Part shown: piece by piece, positions 18,059 to 28,507 of the stretch
Layout: each line of letters opens with the position of its first letter
Numbering within the stretch: position 1 is the stretch's first letter
Source: Nostoc sp. DedSLP01
Lineage (GTDB): Bacteria; Cyanobacteriota; Cyanobacteriia; Cyanobacteriales; Nostocaceae
Direction of reading: 5' to 3'
Assembly: GCA_034530875.2 (NCBI GenBank)
Contig: JAVRCJ020000025.1
Location: forward strand, 32,001 to 96,000
Length of the DNA: 64,000 nt
Made by a program: the position numbers and the translations under genes
The notes under the pieces: generated by a model
The model's input: the letters and a program-made list of their open reading frames with translations, nothing else
The model's database searches: none
What the model was told of the DNA's origin: nothing

Positions 18059-20092
18059 ATGACTAGTGAAATTGTAATTATTGGTGGCGGCGTTATTGGT
18101 TTAGCGATCGCCATTGAACTTAAACTGCGCGGGACAAATGTCACCGTGCTTTGTCGTGATTTCCAGGCTGCTGCTACCCATGCTGCCGCCGGGATGTTAG
18201 CACCAGATGCCGAAAAAATCCCGGATGGCGCAATGCGTTCCTTGTGTTGGCGATCGCGTGCTTTATACGCCGACTGGACGCGTAAACTAGAAGAATTAAC
18301 AGGCTTAAATACTGGCTATTGGCCTTGTGGTATCCTCACACCCGTTTTTGAAGAGGCAGGGGGGCAGGGGGCACGGGGCAAGGAGGAAAATGAAAAATTA
18401 CCTCTTTCCCCTCTGCTGCCTGCTCCCTGCTCCCCATCCCCCTCATCCCCTGCTTACTGGTTAGACAAACAAGCAATCCATCAATATCAGCCAGGATTGG
18501 GAGCAGAAGTAGTTGGTGGCTGGTGGTATCCGGAAGATGCACAAGTTGATAATAAGGCTTTAGCTCAAGTACTCTGGGCGGCGGCCGAGTCTATTGGTGT
18601 TGAACTCAAAGACGGCATTACAGTAGAAGCATTTTTACAGCAACAGGGACAAGTTGTTGGCGTACAAACCAATGCTGGCGTAATTCGCGGCGCCCACTAT
18701 GTTTTAGCTTCAGGTGCTTGGGCAAGCCAGTTGTTACCATTACCAGTGCGTCCCCGAAAAGGGCAAATGTTGAGTGTGAAAGTACCGGAATTTGTACCGG
18801 AATTGCCTTTGCAGCGGATTTTATTTGGCGAAAATATTTATATTGTACCGAGACGCGATCGCTCGATAATTATTGGGGCAACAAGCGAAGATGTTGGTTT
18901 TACACCCCATAACACCCCAGACGGCATTCAAACATTGCTACAAGCTGCCATCAGGGCGTATCCGCAATTAAAGGATTACCCCATCCAACAATTTTGGTGG
19001 GGATTTCGCCCAGCGACTCCCGACGAATTACCCATTCTGGGCAGCAGCCATTGTCAAAATTTAACCCTTGCTACCGGTCATTACCGCAACGGAATTTTAC
19101 TTGCGCCCGTAACAGCAGCATTGATTGCTGATTTTATCTTGGAACAAAAATCTGACCCCCTACTTGCCGATTTCCATTACTCACGCTTCCATTCTCAGTC
19201 ATCTACCCGCACGCCAATGCTCACTCACTCTGCCAATTTTTCCAACGGACACCTTACCGCAGACGCGATGAATCTAGACGCGATGAATCGCGTCTCTACA
19301 AATTCGGGACTCACCATCGCAGGGAAAACTTTCCAATCCCGCTTAATGACGGGAACTGGGAAGTATCGCACCATCGAAGAAATGCAGCAAAGCATCGCGG
19401 CTAGTGAGTGCGAAATTGTTACCGTAGCCGTGCGACGAGTACAAACTAAGGCTGCTGGACACGAAGGTTTAGCAGAAGCCTTGGATTGGACAAAAATCTG
19501 GATGTTGCCTAATACCGCAGGTTGTCAAACTGCCGAAGAAGCGATTCGGGTTGCCCGTTTGGGGCGAGAAATGGCGAAATTGTTGGGACAGGAAGATAAT
19601 AATTTCGTGAAGTTAGAAGTCATACCCGACCCTAAATATTTACTTCCAGACCCCATCGGCACGCTAGAAGCAGCAGAACAGCTAGTAAAAGAAGGTTTTG
19701 CAGTGTTGCCCTACATCAACGCTGACCCAATGTTAGCCAAGCGATTGGAAGATGTAGGCTGTGCGACGGTGATGCCTTTAGCATCGCCTATTGGTTCTGG
19801 ACAAGGACTGAAAACTACCGCCAATATCCAAATCATCATCGAAAATGCCCGCATACCAGTGGTAGTTGATGCTGGGATTGGTTCGCCCTCAGAAGCAGCC
19901 CAGGCAATGGAATTGGGAGCAGACGCCTTGTTGATTAATAGTGCGATCGCCCTGGCTCAAAACCCCGCAGCAATGGCTCGGGCGATGAATTTGGCAACAG
20001 TCGCCGGCCGTCTAGCATACCTTGCTGGCAGAATGCCCATCAAAGACTACGCCAGCGCTAGTTCGCCGCTGACTGGGACGATTACTAGTTAG
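18059..20092 (+). CDS. thiO-thiG: Fused glycine oxidase ThiO / thiazole synthase ThiG
   Basis: GGGVIG and [11 protein letters not shown] (ThiO); [17 protein letters not shown] and VKLEV (ThiG). Confidence 0.95.
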   Translation: MTSEIVIIGGGVIGLAIAIELKLRGTNVTVLCRDFQAAATHAAAGMLAPDAEKIPDGAMRSLCWRSRALYADWTRKLEELTGLNTGYWPCGILTPVFEEAGGQGARGKEENEKLPLSPLLPAPCSPSPSSPAYWLDKQAIHQYQPGLGAEVVGGWWYPEDAQVDNKALAQVLWAAAESIGVELKDGITVEAFLQQQGQVVGVQTNAGVIRGAHYVLASGAWASQLLPLPVRPRKGQMLSVKVPEFVPELPLQRILFGENIYIVPRRDRSIIIGATSEDVGFTPHNTPDGIQTLLQAAIRAYPQLKDYPIQQFWWGFRPATPDELPILGSSHCQNLTLATGHYRNGILLAPVTAALIADFILEQKSDPLLADFHYSRFHSQSSTRTPMLTHSANFSNGHLTADAMNLDAMNRVSTNSGLTIAGKTFQSRLMTGTGKYRTIEEMQQSIAASECEIVTVAVRRVQTKAAGHEGLAEALDWTKIWMLPNTAGCQTAEEAIRVARLGREMAKLLGQEDNNFVKLEVIPDPKYLLPDPIGTLEAAEQLVKEGFAVLPYINADPMLAKRLEDVGCATVMPLASPIGSGQGLKTTANIQIIIENARIPVVVDAGIGSPSEAAQAMELGADALLINSAIALAQNPAAMARAMNLATVAGRLAYLAGRMPIKDYASASSPLTGTITS

Positions 20093-20099
20093 CAAATCA

Positions 20100-20207
20100 G
20101 GCATTGGGCAAAGGGCAAGGGGCAAAGGGCAAAGGAAATAACCCTACCTTTTCACTTTCCCCTTTCACCTTTCACATGCATCCCCTATTTTTACCCCTTT
20201 CCCCTTT
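20100..20207. repeat. Inverted STRR heptamer array
   Basis: (gggcaaa)n followed by (cctttca/cctttcc)n. Confidence 0.8.
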
Positions 20208-20291
20208 ATGTAACGATTTGTCTAACAATTTCAGACCGTTACTACCAGTTATGTAACATTAAATGAAGAATAAAGACAAAGGAATTAATTC

Positions 20292-20462
20292 ATGCCCTAT
20301 ACAACCGAAGAAGGCGGTCGCCTGAATAATTTTGCTAAGGAACCAAAGGTTTATCAAGCAGAACCTCCTACTGAAGGGCAAAAGCGAAACTACATTTTCT
20401 TAGGAATCGCTGGTGCAGCTTTAGTTGGAGGCTTGATTGTAGTTGCCTTCTCTGTATCTTAA
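20292..20462 (+). CDS. psb34: Photosystem II assembly protein Psb34 (Ssl1498 family); absent from the ORF track
   Basis: MPYTTEEGGRLNNFAKEPKVYQAEPP followed by a single TM helix; 56 aa. Confidence 0.9.
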   Translation: MPYTTEEGGRLNNFAKEPKVYQAEPPTEGQKRNYIFLGIAGAALVGGLIVVAFSVS

Positions 20463-20697
20463 AACGGTTGAGCGTAAAACATTTTAATAAAATTTGATTT
20501 TTCTAGTTTTTCAGGTTCCAATTTTAGAGGAGCCTGCTTTTTATTTTTTGTTAAAATTGAATAAGCAGGTAAGTATAATTGCGTATTTTCTTATTCTACT
20601 AAACTTTAAAGACTAAAGTTATACATAATTAAATTTTTAGCTGACTTCGATATACCCACAAAGGTGATATATACTTTGTTTTGGCTCTCTAGCCGCT

Positions 20698-22896
20698 ATG
20701 AGCGTGAATGATATTGCACACAACGATAATTTTAATTTGAATCGGCAAGTATACCAACGCTTAAAACTTGCCTTAAGTCTTGGTTTGCGGCGACAACTTT
20801 TTTTGGCAGTATGTGACGATTTACACTTGAGAAACCAAGTAGCAGCGCGTTTGCATTCTACATTGGCTTATCCTGTGGGGCAAGTGCTATATCAACCAGC
20901 AAATGCTCAAGAAAATAGCACTCCCGCTTATCCACGATTAGTCACATTGCGTTTGAATTTAAACGATCCCAATCCGATAATTCAAGTTAATCAATGGTTA
21001 GCTAATTATCCACCGCCAATTGTTGGGGCATCAAAAGATAGTCCAGGAAGACCTTCTCCAATACCAGCATTTCAGATTGTAGGCGTAGAGCAGCTAACCA
21101 AGCAACCTGTAGCGACACAGCGGTTATTTTTACACAATCTGCGCTTAAGCGAACAATATTTCTCGACACCAGAATCCAGTCGATTTTTAGAATCTAACTT
21201 GGTGTTGTGGGTACCGCGTCCTTGGCTGTCTGCTATCCAACAATCAGCGCCACAGTTTTGGCGTTGTCGTACTGGTGTATTTGTGTTTGCTGGAGAACCA
21301 ACACCAGCAACTAACAATTCAGGTTATCCAGAACGTTTTTCTAATTCTAGAAATTTGGATGTAGGGAATTCTATTTTAGATGAATCTGTTACCCAACCAG
21401 AACTCAAACCAACAACTGCTGAATTAAAGTTTGAAAATAATTCCGAGTCACCAGCACATACACAAGAAAATAACACGCACAAAACCCAAGAAGTTGCGCT
21501 GCCGATCGCAGATTTTTTGAAGACGGAATCGCAACAGCAGGAATCTACTTTTCGATCTAGTAATGGAAACGTTTCGCTGTCTTCTTTAGTTCATGTTAGC
21601 AGTGAATTAACAGAATTAGTATTAGCAACAATCGACACCAAGGCTACTCAAGATACAGAGGATGACTGGCAACCGCAGCAGATTTTATTGGAGATTGAAG
21701 AATTACATTCACAACAAGTTTCTGAGGATGTGTTGGCAGAAGCTTATCATCGCTTGGGTAATTTATACCGCCTTCGGATTGAGCAAGGAGAGTCAACTTT
21801 AGAAAATTTGATGGTGGCAATTATTGCCTATCAAGAGGCAATTAGCTATGACGAAGCTTCACCGCAACTCCCAGATATTTTGAATGATTTGGGTACGCTT
21901 TATTGGATGTTATCTCGTACACCACCAAATTCTCTAGAGGGACAAACCTATATAGAACAAGCAATAGAATTTTATCAGTTGGCATTAAATATAATTTCAC
22001 CACAGACTCATCCAGAAACTTACGCGCGGGTGCAAAATAATTTAGGGACAGGCTATGGCGATTTAGCTCGTTTTTCTCAACCTGCTGAAAATTGGCAACA
22101 AGCAGTCTTAGCTTACTGCGAAGCCCTCAAATATCGTACAGCCGATATGGATTTTTTAAAGTATGCTGCTTGCCAAAATAATTTGGGTACTGCTTATTGG
22201 CATTTAGCGCAATATAATCAACCAATTGTGCATTTAAAGAAAGCGATCGCAGCTTACAAACAAGCACTCGTACACTACAATTCCCAAGAGGAACCCCTCA
22301 AGTATGGGATGATTCAAAACAACATCGGTACTGCCTATTGGAATCTCGCACAATACGAACAATCTGCTGAAAATTTACAACTAGCTATTAATGTTTATAA
22401 CGAAGCTCTGAAATATCGTACCCCTGCTAATGTTCCTAATGCTTGCGCCGCCACACAAAATAATTTGGGTACTGCCTATTGGCATTTAGCAAATTTATCT
22501 CAAAGCACTAAAGACACGCGACAAAAATATCTTCAATTATGCATTAATGCTTACGAAGAAGCTATAGCTTTGGCTCATGCACTCAATGGCTATCCTTTAA
22601 GTTTTGATTTGCTCGCTTCGCATAATAACTTAGGACTAGCACATTATCAGCTAGTAATAGATAAGTCTTTTAATGGGGATAAAGCAACACGTTCTCAACA
22701 TTTAGAACTTGCATTAGAACATCATTTACAAGCTCTAAATGGATTGAGTAAGCAACCAGAAGCTTATCAAACGACCTTTGCTTATGTGGTGAAAACTATT
22801 CGTGCTTTTCATAATGAATTAGGCATACAGGGGCAAAATCTGGCTTTATCAAAAGTTCCGAGCCAATTGTTGCCAGAAATTTTGTCAAAGCTATAG
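20698..22896 (+). CDS. TPR-repeat protein
   Basis: Repeated QNNLGTAYW TPR units in the C-terminal half; N-terminal domain uncharacterised. Confidence 0.88.
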   Translation: MSVNDIAHNDNFNLNRQVYQRLKLALSLGLRRQLFLAVCDDLHLRNQVAARLHSTLAYPVGQVLYQPANAQENSTPAYPRLVTLRLNLNDPNPIIQVNQWLANYPPPIVGASKDSPGRPSPIPAFQIVGVEQLTKQPVATQRLFLHNLRLSEQYFSTPESSRFLESNLVLWVPRPWLSAIQQSAPQFWRCRTGVFVFAGEPTPATNNSGYPERFSNSRNLDVGNSILDESVTQPELKPTTAELKFENNSESPAHTQENNTHKTQEVALPIADFLKTESQQQESTFRSSNGNVSLSSLVHVSSELTELVLATIDTKATQDTEDDWQPQQILLEIEELHSQQVSEDVLAEAYHRLGNLYRLRIEQGESTLENLMVAIIAYQEAISYDEASPQLPDILNDLGTLYWMLSRTPPNSLEGQTYIEQAIEFYQLALNIISPQTHPETYARVQNNLGTGYGDLARFSQPAENWQQAVLAYCEALKYRTADMDFLKYAACQNNLGTAYWHLAQYNQPIVHLKKAIAAYKQALVHYNSQEEPLKYGMIQNNIGTAYWNLAQYEQSAENLQLAINVYNEALKYRTPANVPNACAATQNNLGTAYWHLANLSQSTKDTRQKYLQLCINAYEEAIALAHALNGYPLSFDLLASHNNLGLAHYQLVIDKSFNGDKATRSQHLELALEHHLQALNGLSKQPEAYQTTFAYVVKTIRAFHNELGIQGQNLALSKVPSQLLPEILSKL

Positions 22897-22994
22897 TGTA
22901 GCCTCAGGAAAATATGGCTATACTTACTCGCAAGTGTCAAAAATGCTGAAAGGGTTGGGCATTAAGTTCATTAGTGCAAATTTACAGCAAAACC

Positions 22995-23019
22995 GTCCCT
23001 CTCCGAATCTGAGAGGGAC
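22995..23019. terminator. Hairpin between convergent genes
   Basis: gtccctctc-cgaatct-gagagggac. Confidence 0.6.
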
Positions 23020-23089
23020 ATACTTGAACTTTTATTCAATGTAGGGAGAGGTCTATATATCGCCTTTTTTATCAGACAAAAGTTTTTCC

Positions 23090-23422
23090 TTATGTTGTGA
23101 ACTCATTAATACCAACAAGACGAGTCATGTCTCCTTGTGTAATAAAATGGTACGAGCCATTAGGATCTACACTTGCCAGTACTGGAATATAACCGCTTCT
23201 TGAAGAATTATAATCAACAAAATTTCCCTTGTAATTATTGCTCTCACCAGGCTGTAGAACTTGCCTTTGACGTTCTATATTACTAGCAAAAGGGTAAAAA
23301 GTTTGTGTCCTGTCTGTCTCATTTTTAAGAGAAAATCCACCGAAAATTTCCGATGCTTCATCACAACTTAAGTCACCCAACAAATCTTGATTAAAACTAT
23401 TTGAAAAAACTGATTTTAACAT
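23090..23422 (-). CDS. Small protein with a double-glycine-type leader
   Basis: ATG at 23422; DLSCDEASEIFGG followed by an 81-aa polar domain. Confidence 0.65.
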   Translation of the reverse strand: MLKSVFSNSFNQDLLGDLSCDEASEIFGGFSLKNETDRTQTFYPFASNIERQRQVLQPGESNNYKGNFVDYNSSRSGYIPVLASVDPNGSYHFITQGDMTRLVGINEFTT

Positions 23423-23761
23423 AAAGCCTCGCAAAGATAGCTTACATTCATAGTTTTTACAAAAGAAAAATTGTTTTAATCAGCCCATAGTTATATTTTA
23501 ATCAGCCCATAGTTAGATTCATTAATTAGCCTACTGGTGGTTGACCAGCCCAATATCTGGCTAACGTCGTATTCACTTGAGATAAGCGATGTGGAAGTTT
23601 TGTATATAGTCAAGATTGTCAATTTATTTACCAAGTTAATGTTGAGGCGATCGCCATTCAATTGTGCAAACGAATGAAAATTTGACACCGCAAACTGCAA
23701 CTGCGGGGAATTTCTGATAAAACAGATGTTGAACTGAATCTCCTGGGGCAAAATAGAAAAC

Positions 23762-25114
23762 ATGGCGAATGAATCGAATTCTTCAAATCTACCAACCCCA
23801 GAATCTATCCCACAACATGACTTGCAGCCAGATGACTTTGATGGTAGTGCCACCGAGAATCACCTAAGCTCAGAAGCACTAGCGACACAACAAGCCCTAG
23901 CGACGATCGCATCTTTGCAATCTCTACAAAATACAACTGCTCTCAAACAAGCTCGTTCTGGCTTCAACCAAACCTTTACCAAGCAATTCACAGCCAAGCC
24001 GAGAGCATTGTTGCTAGTCTTTGCTGCGATCGCCGTTACCTTTACGGGTATTATTCTCAATAACTGGATCGTTGGCGTTGTGGGAACGCTAGTAACTTTA
24101 CTGTTATCCCTGGCAATATTATTACCTTGGTTCCTAGAAGTTATTGACGAGTGGTTTTCACCCATAGAAAGGACGCTGTTCGTTGGTTTTTTGGGATTAA
24201 TAACAGCCATCATCGGCTCGATCAGGTTTACAGGTATAGGCTCGCGCTTGCTGCTTTTAGGACGCCACATTAACTGGGACATTGCTGGTAGCCTAGCCGA
24301 ATGGTTTGGAGCTTTAGGACAAATTCTCATCGCCATCATCGCTGTTTATGTAGCTTGGCGACAATATGTGATTTCCAAAGACTTGACAATTCAGCAAAAT
24401 CTGCTGACAGTTCAGCAAAATATTATTACCCAACAGCAAACGATTGACTCTTATTTTCAAGGCGTTTCCGACTTAGTATTAGATGAAGAAGGATTATTAG
24501 AAGATTGGCCTCAAGAAAGAGCGATCGCTGAAGGACGGACTGCGGCAATTTTAAGTAGCGTCGATGGCAGTGGTAAAGCCAAAATTCTCCGCTTTCTCTC
24601 GCGTTCCAAGTTGCTCTCACCTCTAAAACGCGATAGTCGATTAGGTAGAGCCATTCTCGATGGTATAGGTGGTTACGCTGAAGACCGCCTCGATGGTGTG
24701 CGCGTCATCGATTTAGGCGTAATGCTTGCAGCAGCAGACCTTTCTGGTACCGATTTACGTTGGACTGACCTCAGCGAAGCTAATCTCGTCCGCGCCAATT
24801 TGGTCGGCTGTGACTTAGTAAAAGCTAACCTCTCCCGCACAATTTTATATGATGCCAATCTCACTGGTGCTGACTTGAACGGAGTTCGTCTATTCTACGG
24901 TGTAGCGGAGAAAGCATCACCCCGCAGTCGCACCGAACCACCAGATTATCAAACAGGCGAACAAACTGGTGCTGTGGTGGAAAAAGCCGATTTCACTAAC
25001 GTGCAACGCATGTCTGAATCTGCACGTTATTACTGTTGTGCTTGGGGTGGCGAAAAAACTAGAAATACTATTCCTGGTGGTTGTGAAGGTATTCCAAATA
25101 AATTAGGACAATAG
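23762..25114 (+). CDS. Membrane protein with pentapeptide repeats
   Basis: Several TM segments, then ADLSG/TDLRW/ANLVR/ANLTG pentapeptides. Confidence 0.88.
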   Translation: MANESNSSNLPTPESIPQHDLQPDDFDGSATENHLSSEALATQQALATIASLQSLQNTTALKQARSGFNQTFTKQFTAKPRALLLVFAAIAVTFTGIILNNWIVGVVGTLVTLLLSLAILLPWFLEVIDEWFSPIERTLFVGFLGLITAIIGSIRFTGIGSRLLLLGRHINWDIAGSLAEWFGALGQILIAIIAVYVAWRQYVISKDLTIQQNLLTVQQNIITQQQTIDSYFQGVSDLVLDEEGLLEDWPQERAIAEGRTAAILSSVDGSGKAKILRFLSRSKLLSPLKRDSRLGRAILDGIGGYAEDRLDGVRVIDLGVMLAAADLSGTDLRWTDLSEANLVRANLVGCDLVKANLSRTILYDANLTGADLNGVRLFYGVAEKASPRSRTEPPDYQTGEQTGAVVEKADFTNVQRMSESARYYCCAWGGEKTRNTIPGGCEGIPNKLGQ

Positions 25115-25198
25115 TTATCAGCCAAAATACTTAAACAATGAGGATAACAATAGCTTCGCTTACCGGATTTATGAAAGCCATTGCGATCGAGAAATTTT

Positions 25199-25580
25199 TT
25201 ATCCTATTTGATTTGCTTCTAACCAGTTAAGTAAATCTTCAATAGCTGTAAAATCTAGTAAAGCTTCAGCCAGTGCTTCTAACTGTTCTAACGAAAGAGT
25301 TTGAATGCGCTTGTGAACCTCTTGTGGTAACTCTCCTACCCGTTTTTGCAGTTGTCGCAGGACGAGTGTTTGCCCTTGTTGTTGTTTTCCTCGCTCGTAG
25401 CCAATGCGCTCCCCTGTAGTAATGTAGCTCATAGTCTGCTACTGCTCGAATTGTTTAAACTCTTACCAAAATTCTGCTTCCAAGGCTTTTGGTAAAATCA
25501 TAACCCAATCAATAAATCGATACAGGTTACGAATATCTGTTTCTGGCAAGCCTAATTCATACAAACGCCGAATCAAGCAC
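25199..25580 (-). pseudogene. Rpn-like / DUF4351 protein relic (5'-truncated, two nonsense codons)
   Basis: CLIRRLYELG...FIDWVMILPKALEAEFW*EFKQFEQ*QTMSYITTGERIG...LEALAEALLDF in a single frame. Confidence 0.85.
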
Positions 25581-25819
25581 AATCGAGTCTAAAACGGTAC
25601 TTCGTCCCGCTAGGAAGACAGCCTTTTAAGGCGAAAAGTTTTTGGAACGAGGTATAAATCCTCGCTACAAAAACGGCCTCCTGCCTTCGTTAACAGTTAA
25701 AGAACTAGAGATATGAAAAAATGCAGCGAGATAAGGAAATGAGGAGGCTGGGAAGAATAATAACTTTGAGCGTCAACACTCAGCACTCCCAATATCCAAT
25801 GTCGGCTTCTATTGGATTG

Positions 25820-26608
25820 TCATACACTCCAGTAATTCTCGCCTTCGGGTAGGGTAAGAATTTCAACACCATCTTCTGTCACAGCTATAGTATGCTCAAA
25901 TTGGGCAGAAAGCTTGCGATCGCGAGTTACAGCAGTCCACTTATCGCCCAGAACTTCGACTTCGTAAGTTCCTTCGTTAATCATTGGCTCGATAGTAAAA
26001 ACCATCCCTGGTCTGAGACGCTTGCCTTTACCCCGGGTGCCATAGTGGGGAATATCCGGCGCAGTATGAAAAATGTTACTTATCCCGTGTCCCACAAAAT
26101 CCCGCACTACAGAGAACCCTTGTGCTTCGGCATACTCTTGAATGGCTGCACCAATATCGCCAATGCGTGCCCCTGGTTTAACTTCAGCAATGCCCAAGCG
26201 CAAACACTCCTCTGTCACCTCCACCAACTTTTTCGCTTTTGGTGATGGAGTACCGACAAAAAATGTCTTCGATGTATCGCCGTGGTAACCTTCAACAATC
26301 GGTGTCACATCAATATTAATAATGTCACCATCCTTAAGGATTTGCTTGGCATTAGGAATGCCGTGACAGATGACCTCATTTACACTAGTGCAAATCGATT
26401 TGGGATAACCTTTATAACCAAGAGGTGCGCTTTTTGCTCCATGTGCTTGCGTCCAACGTTCAGCTTCATCATTAAGTTCCAGAGTGCTAACCCCTGGCTT
26501 CACCATCGGTTCGAGATGCTTTAGAAGCTTGGCTGCTAAGCGTCCAGCTTGACGCATTTTGTCTAATTCTCGTTGGGATAAAATAACAATTAGTTCGGTT
26601 TTCATCAA
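25820..26608 (-). CDS. map: Methionine aminopeptidase type I
   Basis: ICHGIP, GYHGDT, FVGHGI, TIEPMIN and AQFEHT motifs. Confidence 0.97.
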   Translation of the reverse strand: MMKTELIVILSQRELDKMRQAGRLAAKLLKHLEPMVKPGVSTLELNDEAERWTQAHGAKSAPLGYKGYPKSICTSVNEVICHGIPNAKQILKDGDIINIDVTPIVEGYHGDTSKTFFVGTPSPKAKKLVEVTEECLRLGIAEVKPGARIGDIGAAIQEYAEAQGFSVVRDFVGHGISNIFHTAPDIPHYGTRGKGKRLRPGMVFTIEPMINEGTYEVEVLGDKWTAVTRDRKLSAQFEHTIAVTEDGVEILTLPEGENYWSV

Positions 26609-26615
26609 TTTCGAT

Positions 26616-27677
26616 CTAGATATCTTTCATAAATACAGTTAAACCTGTCTGGGCAGCTCTTTGGGCAGCATCAGCAATTTTTAGAGCATACAAGCTTTCC
26701 TCTGGGGTAACGTACAAAGGAGTGCCATTAAAAAGATGGTCTAACACCATAATTGTGTCTTTGGCGAACAAACCCCGGCGAGGGCCAACCTCTATATTTG
26801 TTGTTTCCCCTGGCTGGATAAAAAGTCCTGTGTCGCCATCAAAAACTAAACCGCCCTTTTCCCCGTGAACTTCAAATTTGCGTTCTGACTGCCAAAGAGT
26901 TTCGCCTTTGCCGTAGATTACTTGGGCTAAAAGTCCACTGTTAAAGGAGAGTTGGCTAATACATAAGCAACTTTGGTAATATTCTGATTCTGTTTGCCAA
27001 TATCGCTGGTGACAGTTAACACTAAATACTTTACCAAACAAATCTGTGAGACGGTGTAGGCGCGACAAGGCACCAATTAACGGAAAACCGAAAAGCTCAT
27101 GGTTGTAAGTCCATTTTCGGGGTGCAGGATTTTGGGGATTGATGGTGCTGTAGCGGACATAAAATACTTCACCAATTTTGGCTAAGTTTTGCTTCAAAGC
27201 TTGATGCACGCCACCCAAAAGTTCTAGATGTTCGACGTGAAGGAGTTTTTGTTGTGTTTTAGCTAAGGCGATGAGTTCTTCAGCTTCTGCCACATCCAGC
27301 GAAAGCGGATACTCGACAATTACATGTTTGCCATTGGTAAGTGCTGCACGAGCGATCGCACCATGATCCCGATTCACCGTGCAAATTACCACCAGATCTA
27401 TATCTCGGCGTTCTACTAGCTGTTCCCAAGAACTCAAAGCTTCAATTTCATACTCTTTGGCAAAGGTTTGGGTTTTATCTGTTGTATGACCGACAACTGC
27501 GACTAAGTGCGATCGCTTAACCTCTTGTTCCCGCATTCGCTCATCATTCAGAAACGCCTCAGCGCGGAACTTTGCCGCATATCCAGTACCGACCAAACCT
27601 ACACGCACTTTTGCTTTTTCCAAAGCTGCTTTTGAATTATACACGATATTTCCTAGTTCTATTTTCGATCCTCTCAC
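26616..27677 (-). CDS. bvdR: Gfo/Idh/MocA oxidoreductase, probable biliverdin reductase (start uncertain)
   Basis: GLVGTGYAA, KHVIVEYP, LLHVEHLELLGG and GALSRL motifs. Confidence 0.8.
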   Translation of the reverse strand: MRGSKIELGNIVYNSKAALEKAKVRVGLVGTGYAAKFRAEAFLNDERMREQEVKRSHLVAVVGHTTDKTQTFAKEYEIEALSSWEQLVERRDIDLVVICTVNRDHGAIARAALTNGKHVIVEYPLSLDVAEAEELIALAKTQQKLLHVEHLELLGGVHQALKQNLAKIGEVFYVRYSTINPQNPAPRKWTYNHELFGFPLIGALSRLHRLTDLFGKVFSVNCHQRYWQTESEYYQSCLCISQLSFNSGLLAQVIYGKGETLWQSERKFEVHGEKGGLVFDGDTGLFIQPGETTNIEVGPRRGLFAKDTIMVLDHLFNGTPLYVTPEESLYALKIADAAQRAAQTGLTVFMKDI

Positions 27678-27939
27678 GCTAGTAGTACTATTTCTTATTC
27701 ATTCATGGACATGAGGGATTGGAACTTGTGGGGAGATAGGGTGGTGGGGTGAAATTCTCGTCCCATTTCCCAGAAAATTGTTATTTCGCGATCGCAGCCC
27801 GATTATATCAAGCTATTTATAAACAAAACTTATCTGTATTAACTAACTAAATTTCATTACTAATCGGGGTCATTTTACTGTTACATGAATTAATTTTTCC
27901 CGTAGTATCAGAATTGAAGCAAATTAATAAAGCGGCTAA

Positions 27940-28311
<372 letters not shown>

Positions 28312-28453
28312 AAATTAGGCGTCTCAACAATAAATCTCTTGCAAGAGTTACTGATGTTGAAATAATAGAAGCAACGGATTTATGAGAAATATTCTCCCGG
28401 TGGTTATGTATCATTTCTCATGATAGTTTGACAAAAAGCCTAATTTTATAAGA

Positions 28454-28490
28454 AAGCAGGAACATCAAATTTAGTGTGTTCCTGCTTTAT
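28454..28490. terminator. Bidirectional terminator-like hairpin
   Basis: aagcaggaaca ... tgttcctgcttt between convergent genes. Confidence 0.65.
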
Positions 28491-28507
28491 TAATATGTTT
28501 ATAGGTG

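Noticed and set aside
20205..20270. TGTAAC half-sites upstream of psb34 as an RpaB/HLR1 box
   Set aside because: The half-site spacing does not match the canonical direct repeat.
23491..23853. 120-aa minus-strand ORF
   Set aside because: It overlaps the start of the pentapeptide gene on the opposite strand and shows no recognisable motif.
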